Shown piece after piece: positions 26,401 to 38,400 of a DNA stretch of 64,000 nt. The notes under the pieces were generated by a model that was not told where the DNA came from, searched no databases, and saw only the letters and a program-made list of their open reading frames with translations. This stretch comes from Acanthaster planci. Lineage: Eukaryota. Positions within the stretch are counted from its first letter, which is position 1, and each line of letters begins with the position of its first letter. The position numbers and the translations under genes are program-made. The stretch spans positions 3,249,854-3,313,853 of the forward strand of contig NW_019091361.1 in the NCBI RefSeq assembly GCF_001949145.1, written 5' to 3'.

Positions 26401-29400
26401 TATCATACCTACCACACTTTTCTGGATGTCCTCCTCGGTGCTGAGATAGGTCTAGGTACTCTATCTGCCATGGGGATAACAAATATGCTTTACAGTTAGA
26501 TAATTACAGCTCAAGGAGACTCCGAAGTACCTCAAAAATGTATCGTGAGTCACCATGGAATTGCCCACGTGGCCATGTTGGATTATGCTTTCCGAATCCA
26601 TTTCATTAATTAAACAGTCTGAAGTGTCAAGGAGCCTGACTGTTTTTTTCCTGTGTTACATTTAGTTTCACTTTGAAAAAAAAGTTCATTTGGGCTGTTA
26701 AAAGGTGACTTGAGTTCCGTTTATAATTTGATCCTTCCCATCAGAGCACAAAGGTGGTAATCTATACATGTATTTTGGCCCTGTTGCATCATATTCAAAT
26801 CCACATGTGTTTTAGCATATTGTTGACAGAGATTGAGGCACATTTGATTTGACTCAAGATGGCTGATGTGTAAATAAGGCCAATAGTAAAAACTTAAGGA
26901 ATTGTGTGAAATATTATAAAGTCAGTATCTTGCTAACAATGTCCTTTAACCGTGTGCATTGCTTGAGGTAGAATATACCAGTACGTGTATTGGCTGAGTT
27001 TACAAGTTGTTCATATTTTGGACCATTAAAAGAATAGTCAACAAACGAAAAAATAGTTACAATATTGTTTTCCACTCCATGTTTGTCAGTTTGTGCCTGG
27101 TTGTCCCCTGCTGTGTTATATTTAACACAAGTGGGATTATGTGTCATGTCCAGGTATACATGTAGGTGCTACAAATGGAGCAGTGTGGGCACTCCAGTTG
27201 CCAATGTTTCAGTGACATATCCAGGACGAAGTTGGGTCAAGGTGGCAACATTTTTCTTTTCTAAAAAAGACTGTCCTTTTTTTCGCATGTAGAGAACTCC
27301 TATCCCCCCAAGGTGGTAAAACTGTTTTAAGATAATGCTGACACTTTCAATATCTGGGAAAAAAAGAGGGAGCAAGGGGGGGGGACATCTTGCTCACCAT
27401 TCATATCCTTCACCGTGTTGCCTGCCATGCCCACATACATCAGATTGCATAAAGATTCTTGACGCACTCGTCCTCAGCTGAATGAAGGACGTGTAATGCC
27501 GGTATGCCCTCAGTGTTCTGGTATGGAGTACCTTTTGAAAATGTTGTCAATGATCAAGAATCTTTAGTTTACCAAAAAACACGACAAGGGAATCTTTTGT
27601 CTTCTCTGGTACATGTAGGTCGGGAACAAAGCACTGGCGAGCCATGGTGGAGATCTACCACAGCGTGTACAAGGTCCGCCGGAAGTTGGTGGCAGCGCGC
27701 ATCATGCAGGGTCAGAGCTCAAGCGGGGCGCCAGGAACCAGTGCTTCATTGGGTCCATCCACGTCTGAGGTCAGAGTTCAGAAAGAGGCCAGGGGTCAAG
27801 ATGAGGAGAGGGGGCGCCGCTGTAAAAAAGTGTTCCCCCGCGTGGCTGTAGAAGGTGAGATTCCATCGACAGAAGAAGTTAATTGCAGCAATATTTCATA
27901 CATAGAGCTCGCTAATACAAACATCAATCACTAGTTTGTATAGATGGCCACAGTTTGCAAAGTTCCTTTGCCTCCAAATGCTCAGTTAGCTTCACTGGTG
28001 TTAAGTTTGAAACATTTTCATTTGGTATTTAGTAGTAGTATTTTAATATTTAATATTTGAATATTTGCAAGACGTCTTTTCTGCATGTTGTATTCTGTTG
28101 GTTTTTGTACTCACAGCCAGCCCTAGGTTTGCTGACCACTAGTCAGTAAATACTGGGCTAGTGGTGCAGCGGAAGAAAGGTCTGTACATGTAATTGCCTG
28201 CTACAGTGCAAACAGTTCCCGTGGACTCCAAGCAGAAAACATTGCTCCAGGGTTAATCTTCATCTGAATGCGCATAACTTTGTATTGTCTTGTGCATTGA
28301 TGCTCAGCCGGCGACAGCAGATGGCATTCAAGCTTCATGCCTCTCTCTGTGTGACTGTTAACCCGGTTATTTGGAATGAAGGCTAATTGATATTAGGATA
28401 AAGCTAATGTATGTACATGTGTGTTTGTCGCTTTAGTTTCTTAGTACTGATTTTAATTATGGTATATGTAGGTTTTATTTATTTATATTTTGATGTACAG
28501 CGCTTGGGAGCAGCTTAACGGATTGGGCACTTTGTAAATGTCAATTATTATCGATATTATTATTATTATTATTCTACTGTTGGTTGCTGTGTGACATGTA
28601 ACAGAGACTGTGACAAAATTTAACCTAAATGTCAAAGACATTAACATATTTGAAGGGGAGCAGTTTCTTAACTGAAGGGTCCATTCTGATCCCTGCTCAA
28701 TTTAAACAAAAAATATTACCCCTCGCACAGAGCCCTCAGATGTGGATCAATCCGAGAGCGAGGGGGACAGTGAAAGCGTCACTACCCCGCCCCCAGAGAA
28801 GAAGACTAAGGAGCGCGAGCAGTACAGTTTCTCGGAGACCTGCAAGTCCATGATCGAGCGCTGCGTGTTCCTGCTGCTGGCAGTCAGCCCGGCCATCCAA
28901 CCCGACCAGGAAGATGACAAGAATGCCCTCCCTGGCACAGAGAAAAAGGACGGCAATCCCGAAACCGCCCCAGGTATGTCTCTTATTCTATTTGTCAGTT
29001 GTAACCCTCCTCAATCCTTCAAACCATTCAGGTACTTTTTGGAAAGGTAGATCACAACCACTGTTAATACTCAACATGGGACTTGATGCCCATGGACAGT
29101 TTAAGTAAAAGAAACAAGCGCCATTAAATAGTAGAAGATTTGGGAAGCCGCAAGCAGAAAATGCCAAATGAATTGAGGCTGAATTCTTTACTACTGTAGT
29201 GATAGAGATCTGTTTCTGTCTGTTTAGGTTTATTGAGAACTTCTCTGTGCATTGGTTGCTTCTTGCCTGTGCTTTGTCAAGACTAATGTACAAAGAGTCA
29301 TTTTTATCAGCACTTTGTAATTTTTTTTAACTGTCTCGGACAGATACATCGTTATTAATATCAACATTGACATGAAGATATTGTGTGAAGTGGCAGAGAC

Positions 29401-32400
29401 CGTGAAGTCTCAAAGGTATATACATGTACCAGTACATGTAACCTTTGGCAAAATTGGGCGATGGATTTCTCAGAAATAATTCGACAAGGATCATTTCAAA
29501 AGAAGCTGTTTCGGCATTGGTATCAAAGAAGCAATCAGACACTGGTCAATCAATATGAATGCCAAAACGTGCTCTTGAGTTTCTGACTTCAGACTTCTCA
29601 TCTTTTTGTTTTCAATTTCAGCCGCGTCCATGAGTCATTCCTTGAGTGAACCAGACCTAGCACAGACAGACGATGTGCAAGTACCACCTTCCAGTAACAG
29701 GGTGAGGACATCGTGGGATGGTCAGGTTGGATGTCCTTTTCCTTTTTATCTCTCGTTTAAAAGCCCCAAAAGCAATATGCATCAATCTGCACATACTTGA
29801 TATCGTCCTTTCCGTTCTTCAATGAATTGTGACTAAACTGACTCTCTGTTTTCTCAGGTCCATGAAAAATTCAAATTAAAGAAAGTATAATTTATGGTAC
29901 AGTGCACCTTAGTAGCTTCTTTGACTTCCAGTCTCTGGAGAAATGCAGAATGTTTGGAAATCAATCATTTGGTTATAAAAAAATGGACTGATGCAAGACT
30001 TTAATACTGTGCCCACATTAAATAAGCCAAATTGTCCAGGGCTACGTGTATGGTTGAAGCCCACCATTAGTTAGAATCTGTACTCGAGGGAACTTGTCAG
30101 AAGTGACGATACTCGTCAATGCCACGTGACTGGGGACTAGGATTGTTGTCTAGTCCATCCCAACTCCCTCACATGAGGTCAGATATCACGAACCTGGTCA
30201 ACAACAGTCGTGACTCGGTGCAACTTGAGATTTCAAAGCGTCATAGGAACACTGAGATTTATTTTGTGTGATTGTTTTTTAGGAGTCCGTGCGAGGTTTG
30301 AAATCCTCCCGTAGTGAGCCATTATCAGAACTCCAAGCGGACACCAACCTCGACTCTCTAGAAGTGGTGCGAGCCACCTGGAGACGTCTGCACTGGAGAC
30401 AGGATCAGAACGGGTCAGTTCTGTCCATCCCTTCCAGTGACCAGCAGGCACAAGGATTTCTAGGTTAGTCCTTATTGTTCAATGCTGGTAGCATGTTGCA
30501 ATCTTGAGCACGTCACTTTACGCCTGTGTTCACCCTGTGGGTGGGACAGTGATGGTTGTCTCTGCCTGGCATGGCAGCATTGAGCTGTGTACATCCCAGG
30601 GAGCTGAGATGATTTCAGGAGTGCGAACCTGAGGAGCAGGCATAAGGATTATGTGTCAGGGTCTTTGGATGACAAATAGTCAGATACTCTGTGGGTTGTA
30701 ATTGCTCTGATGGCATTATCATTACTAGAGATGAATCCAGTGATATTTCACTGGATATTCCAGTTCGCCCTCTTCAGAGAGGCAAAAAGCATGGTTAAGT
30801 TTTTTTCTATAGGGAGTGACTGTCAAGAAACAGTGACTTTGCACAATGGTTTTTATAATGCTTACCGCCAGTGGCATGGGCTACTTTGCATGACCGGTGA
30901 TAGCGTCACCATTGTCATTGGCTTTGTCCGTATACCACTGCAAGTGTTTGCCCTTGTCTGTACTACTTCTAGGCTCCGTCAAGCACATCTGCAGTGACAT
31001 CATAGGCTTTGCCTGCGGCGAGATGCTGACCGACGCTCACCTGCCGTCGTCGGAGGAGGAGCAATATTTGTACTGCACTGAGCCAGCCACCATTGTCCTG
31101 GCCATGGAGAGCCAGCAGTGCAGGGCCGAGGCATGAAACAAGTTTCAACATTTTTCTGTTTCTTGTGACATTGGGAAAAGTTTTGTTGTGCAGTTACAAC
31201 TATGCTCTTCTTTTTTTGTTGCAATTTAAAATTCTGTGCATCAAGGTTTTGAAAAGCAGGAAAGCCTTTAATTCTGTTCAAAAGAGACACACAGACATCA
31301 GCCATTGTTTGTTTATTTTTGGTTTAGTTTTTGTTTTTGCTTTTTTTGTTTCTTTTTTTTTAGTACTGGGCACCGATACTATCCATTGCTATCCTCAGGC
31401 CCTCTGTTGAGTTCTAAACAGATTATATTATCGTCTATTTTCCCTCATTAAAATGTCACATTCCATCTCATGTCACCAAAGCAATTTCTCTCTTTCTTCA
31501 ATTTGCATACAACAGACACGGCTGGATGCGCTGAATCAAATTCTGTCTCTCCTGAATGGCCATGAGGGGGACGAGACCAAGAAGCCAGCCTCGTCGGACA
31601 TCTTTGGCCGGGCGGTGGCACCCTTCAGCTCCGTGTCCCTGCTGGCGTCCGTCCACCTGCAGTTCCTGATGGGCACATTTGGGCTGGGCTGCCTGGAGCC
31701 CAGCTTGAGCGGGGAGGCCGGCGCACCCACACAGCTGCATCATTATAGGGTATACAGTTTGCTAAAATTGTTTTTGCCCAGTCCGGATTTCCTGGCTATG
31801 GCTTAAGGTTACACAGGCATGTATGGGAAACGCACAGCCTTAGCCACTTAAATTGGACACTACGTACCTATTTGCTCTTCTTTCTGTCTGTACAACTTCC
31901 ATGTGACCTCTCATCCAACCATTCTAATATGTCAAACCTTTCATACAACTGACCAGTTGGCTAACCTGTCAAACAGTTGAATCGGTGTAGTTAGCATAGC
32001 CCTCCCTATACACAGAAGCAGTTTTTAAAGGAGCATTCATTAGTTTTCTTGCTTGTTTATTAGACATGCCTGGACCACAGTTCACCATCTTCAGAACCAA
32101 ATTTGATCAAAATGCTCACCTCAGAGTTATTTCTGGAAAAGTTTAACAACAGACATAAATCAGCGCAACATATTATCAGTTCACCTCGCCATTGTCTAAC
32201 CTGCAAAGTCTAAGCAGAATATCTGGAAATTATTATTATATTGCTTCTAAGTATTGTAGAATATTTGGTTCATGCAAGGAACTCCTATTTAATCATTTTA
32301 TTTTATTGCAGGATGGCATCAGAGCAGCTAGCAAGACCACTCAGCTTGAGATCCAAACAGTAGCCCATCAGATCTATGACCATCTGGTCACCACACTAGC

Positions 32401-35400
32401 AAGCAATGTGGAAGAACCCCAGAGCTGCAAAGGTGGGTACCGGCGACATCTCACCCAGTTCTGTGTCCAGGGGAAGGCTGAAGAAATCGTAGTGTGTAGA
32501 TTCCTTGGATAACCACACCCTTAACCCCAAACCTACAACTGAACAACATTGCTGCCAACATCATAGGAAGCTTTTACATTGTCTCTTCAGGCTTCAAAAG
32601 AGGTCTTCTCGAAGAGAGGTCAAATTCCAAAGTCTTCATAAATACCTAGCTGGCCTCTTGCTCTGTTCTACGATACATAATATTCAGACTGATTTAAATT
32701 TCATGTACTAGCCTATATTAACCACTTGCTGCCGGGTGAAATTTGAAGTTGCATGACGTAAAACCGGGAGTTTTTTAAGATCTTCCATTTTCAAATTCTT
32801 CAAAAAATCATAGCTTTATTTACTGGACGTTTACACCCACACAAATAACTGTCTGGTGACTACTCTAACCTGACAGACAACATCTATTGACGCCCAAGTA
32901 TTTGAGCCAGGCCTGTTGCCTTGTAAAAAGAGCCCAGATTGTGCAGTGTTATTTAACTTTCTTTTGTTCCCGAAACCAGCGCAGTGTGCTACTGGCGTCT
33001 TTTCAATAGGGGCCAGATTAGCTTGCAGCGGTATTGTATCGCTCATTGCTGGAGCGCTTTTGTCCCCGGTGGTAATCCGTTTGTGCTGAGTGCCTCAAAC
33101 AGTGGAATAATCTCTCAAAATGAGGAGTGATTTCCTCCGCCATTGACAACTGAAAAAAATGTTGGCAATTCCCAGCAGCTCGGTCTTTTGTCCCGAGTAT
33201 GGTCTTTTGATACAAGGCCCAGCTCTTTTGTCGGGTTTCAGGCTCCCTGGTTTCATGTATAAAGCCTATGTGCTCAAAACCGGGCTCCCTGGTGGCATGC
33301 CGTGTCTCAGTCAACTTGGATAAAAAAGCCGGCAAGAGGTGCACCATAAATGACCGTAGTAACCGTGTAATCAAGCCTGATTGGTAATCTTTTTGATCAT
33401 ATCAAGAGTTACCATAAGACGTTGAGCTGTGTCTCCTCATAAGATGTGGTACAGGGAGTATATCAGCCTGGTTTTGGCGCCCAAAACTGGTGAACTTGAT
33501 TAGATCATCCATTATTGAGGAGGTTCAGTGTTCATTAATGTTGTTAACCGTGGGTTTATTGCAACTCACCACATGCCAAAGCACTATACCTATTCTGTTT
33601 TAGTTGGGTTTGTGAGTGTGACATCTTCACAATTTAAAGTACATCCACCTACAGTGTGGAAATGAAATTGTTGCAACCATAAGTAGTGCATAGTTGGCGT
33701 ATCAGGCAATGGGCGCTCTTGATTAGTAGAATATGGGCACCAGTGACTCACTCAGTGACACACCAGTATCATTTCTGTCCCCCTCATTGTCCCCTCTGTC
33801 CGCAGGTGCCTGGCATAGGCTGCTGCTGGTCACCATCTTCGCCTTGAGCGTCAAGTACCAGCCGCCAGACGTCCTGCTGGCCGTCTCTAGTGGTATCCTT
33901 CCCCTGCTGGCCAGGCTGTGTGGGGAGGGAGGCCAGGCGGTGCTGGCCAGGCCAGTGCAGCCCCTGCTTAGTGGTGGTGTGCCGTCGGTGCACTGCGTGC
34001 TGCAGGTGGCTAGCATGAGGCTACTGCAGATACTGGCCATAACCACCAGGTATAGACCCCTCTCATATTGGCTACTGTTTGTATGGGCAGTCAGAGTTTG
34101 CAGAAATATCACCTTTGGTTGGTGTTAAGTTTCACCTCAGTGTACTTTGCCGATTTTTGTTAAGAGGGTCCTATTTTCATTTAGTACCCGTGTGTAGTAA
34201 CAAGCAAGTTTATGTTTTGATGTTGGTGTTTTGATAGCTGCATGAGATTTTTCAACATTTAGTGAAATATTCCTTTGCTTTTCAACCAACAGCCAGCCAT
34301 AGTTTACCCACCTCTTGTGGGCAAAAATATGACTGGACATAGAAAGAATGGACTCTTTAGTCTTGCAGGGAATTTTTTCGTTAAGAGTAACTTGCATTTC
34401 GATCCAGTTTTGATTCATTTTGATTTGTTTTGTTTATTTTGCTTGTAACTTTCCTCACTTGGGGCTTAATGACCCATTTTGTTGAAACACAGACAAAGTT
34501 CTGTTCGTTTACTGCCGTGACAAATCTTTGAATATTCTGGAAGAATGCTTTAAGGGCACGGGCAGTTTAGACTTAAAGACGTTCTAATATTCTCCTAATT
34601 TAACATAACCATTTTAAAAATCTTTTTTAACTAACCCTATATGAGAATATTTCCATTCTTTATTCTAATGCTGGTAGCACCCATGCTGACCAGCTTAGCA
34701 AGTCGGTCATCCAAGCCCTGGTCAGTCTCCTGCACGAACAGCTGTGCGGTCTGTTCTCAATGGCCTGTGGAGAGACGGAATGGAAGACACTAACCAGCTC
34801 AGCCCCCAGAGACAAGACCGAGGGGAAAGGAACAGAGGGCAAGGAGAAAAAGACGAGCACTTCAGGTCCCCAGCCAGGTAGAAACTAGGCAGAATCTCTC
34901 GGAAGTGTTTGTCTGTATGTGCTTATTGAGAATATGGTTAAAACCCTGTGAGCAACCATGCCCACAAAATTACATCGATTTTCCACATGGATAAAAAATA
35001 TCTAGGTCATTTCCCCGTCATGTCTGTCGCTCAGTGCCACGATGAACCTGTGCGACTGTTTTGTGGTTGCTAATACACCCATGAGGTCCCCTCTCTGTCT
35101 ACAATTCATTTGGTGCTGTGAAAGTACAGTAATACCAGTCACAACCCAACCTGCCGTGACCTGTCGGCACCTGTCAACAAAGAGGTCCACTTACTGCGAG
35201 AGGTCATATGGGGAGCCTGGGAATACTGGTCTTTCAACAGGCCGTACTCCACAGCGGTTATGGCTAGGTTAAAGGGACTTGGCAGTCTTGAAGCACATTA
35301 GTAGCTTGAGGATTACAAAGATTGTCAGCTTAATTCAACAAAAAACAAAAAACTTATTTAAAAATACGATGACTGCTGTGTGTTTTTTATCTCCGTAATA

Positions 35401-38400
35401 CTGAGATGTGTTGTGAAGGTTTTCCATAAAGCAAGTTGTCGAGCAAGAAGGAATGCCACCTGAGTGTCACTGAATGGGATCAAAGTTGAAAAGTTTTCCA
35501 AGGGAGATTTTGTTGTCGATTTCTTTAAGAACAGACTGCCAGTTATAAGAAGGAATATTCACTCTTCACACTGAATCAGAAGAAAGTTTATTATTTCATA
35601 AGCAAAAGTTTGTTGTTGCAGAAGCCTATTCTATCCTCTTGTCTATGTAAAGGCAAACCACGTAAGGGGAAACACTCTCGCCACCTGGTGCAAACGGCTC
35701 TTGGAGACTTCCTGGTGTTCTTGCGTCGTGTTGCTCTCAGCAGACCCTTGTGTGGGAGCATGGCCTCACCTAATTGGACGTCGGTGCTGCTAGCCATAGC
35801 TGGACACCAGCCAAGCACAGGTACCAGTAATCGCCCAAATAGGTTTAGACGACATGCACATTTTCTGAAATTTTAAAGATATATTGGTGTGTTTGTTTTC
35901 TTTGTTAAATTTTTTTTAATGTAGGCACAGTTAATATAAATGAATTCTTTGGGTTGTTTTCATAGGTCTACCCAGGATTGAAAACATCCGCACCAGATTA
36001 CTGTCATTGCATCTGTTGGAAGCCGTCCTTCCTGCATGCCCCATGGACACACAGGAGGGGCACCAGTACCAGGTCAGGGCACCAGTCATTGTCAATCGCT
36101 CACTCTACTGTGCGTCTTGCATTGCAAGTCCTATTTCACTCAATTACTGGTTCTATTTGGGAAAATTTTTTTGAGTGTTAATAGCATTCTGAATTCTTAC
36201 TATTATAAAAAAAAAGTACTTCTTTAAAAATGTCATTATTCTGATGGGATAAATAGATTTTCACAGTACGATCATGAGCTCTGACTAATGCTTGTACTGT
36301 GAAAATGGATTCCATATCCATAAACCAAAAGATGCCTGTAGAAATACAGAAAAGAATGTTGTCTTTTTAGTTCAAGTGTGGGGAAATAGGATTTTGCTAA
36401 ATCAGGTTGAAAGAATTTTAAACTAAGTCTGCTTATCTTAGCAGTAGTTGAAGCTGGGTCATAGTAAAACATATAGGGTGAGAACCACCATGCAGCTTAC
36501 ATGTATATGTATAACTGTTTGACCCCAGAGTGCCAAGTCACCTATCGTGCCAATACCTTTGTTTGTTGGTTTTTGGGGAAAAAAATCGTTGCTTGTGTTG
36601 AATAGTGGGTTACTTTTTTTTTTGTCTTCCAACATTCTCAGGTAGTGCAGCAACTTTTTGACAACCTGTCAGAGTGCATGTGGCGTGCTCCCCAGGCCCT
36701 TGCCCGCCACCAGTCTCACCAGAAGCCCCCAGACTCCACAGCCCCTGACTCGTCAGTCCCCAGCAGCGTGGCCCCAAGCCCCCAGGCCAAGCGACCCACG
36801 TCCTCAGTCTCCGAGAGCGGGGACGATGGTGAGGAGGAAGACGATGATGACGACATCGCGCTGCAGGACACAGTGTTCGACGGGGAGAAGGTGGTGTGCT
36901 GCAGCGTGGAGGGGGGCCACACCCTTGTCCACGGATCTGGTGGGAGGGGCTACGGCCTTGGGGCGACAGGAATCACAGCCGGGTGCTACCAGTGGAAGGT
37001 GGGTTCATTTGCTGACTGCCTCTGCAGAGAACAGTTCTCTTTATGTGATTATGACAATAATAAAACACTTGGGAACCTACTAGCTATCGTGATTGCTCAG
37101 TAAGATGGGCTACTGTAAAGTAACTGCAAGGTTGTGGATTCCAAGCCCAGCTGAAGTGTTTTGGGGGTGGTCTGAATTCTTATCAGCAGTCGATGTTTGA
37201 TATTTTGTTCCTTATCCTTTTTGTGGATTCGGAAAGTTTTTATTTTGAAATGAAACTTGAAGTACGAGAACCTTCTCTTGCTTTAACCAGCGTAGGGGAA
37301 TCATTTCCAAAGCCAGCAGATGTCGCAAGGAAAAAGGATGCAAGTACAGTAGCAAAAGTAATTCTAACATAGAAACGGTTACAATCCTCTTTTAAAAGTG
37401 CTCGTCTGTTTCATCCCCTTCCCCACCACCAGTTTTACATCACCAAAGAGAACAAGGGCAACGAGGGCACCTGTGTGGGGGTGTCGCGGTACCCGGTACG
37501 GGACTTCAGCCACCGCACCACCTCAGACATGTGGCTGTACCGGGCCTACAGCGGCAACCTGTACCACAACGGAGAGCACTCATTGACCCTGCCAGGCTTC
37601 ACCCAGGGGGACTGCATCACCTGTGTGCTGGACATGGAGGCCCGCACGCTGTCCTTTGGCAAGAACGGGGAGGTGAGGCGCCGGACCCGGCCCATGTGCC
37701 AATCTTGGCAGTACTTTGCAGAGGCTATTACAGGACTTTGCAGGACTTTTCCTGAGTTTTCTCAGAGCTTTGTCGGATTAAACGATAGAAATATATTGCA
37801 GTATTTTGTTGTCGTTGTAACCCTCTGGAATGTGGATTTATATTCCCCACTTTCATCCCTGATATATCCAGTGTTGTAGTACAAGTCCCTTAAGGACATT
37901 ACAAGACCAACATGGGACCTCAATTCTGAATTCAAGTCACAAACTATCCAAATGAACTACAAAAGGGCTCTCTCTGTGACTGGTCTTGTGTCTGGGTTTG
38001 TGAAGAACCATCATAAGGAAGAGATGCAACTTAGTTTGACAAACTCTAAAAAAATAGTATATGTTTTTACTGTTCACCTCTGCTAATTTAAGTTTTGTTG
38101 AAAGCTCTCAAGCAACATTGCATAATGACCTGTAAGCTGAAATGATTACACTGTTCTGCTGCACAAGCTCAACTACTGAGTGCATGCAGATACAAACTGT
38201 TCCTTGTACCAGTTGGCTATATAGTTTAATTGACTGTTTCACAGTGGCCCAAACTTCTTGAAGTTAACGAGATTGAAGTAGAATTGTTGTTATTGAGATC
38301 GGTGTACATTGTTTTAATATTTTATTTTGCCCAGGAGCCAAGGTTGGCCTTTGATGATGTTGAAGCAACAGAATTGTACCCAGTGGTCATGTTCTACAGC

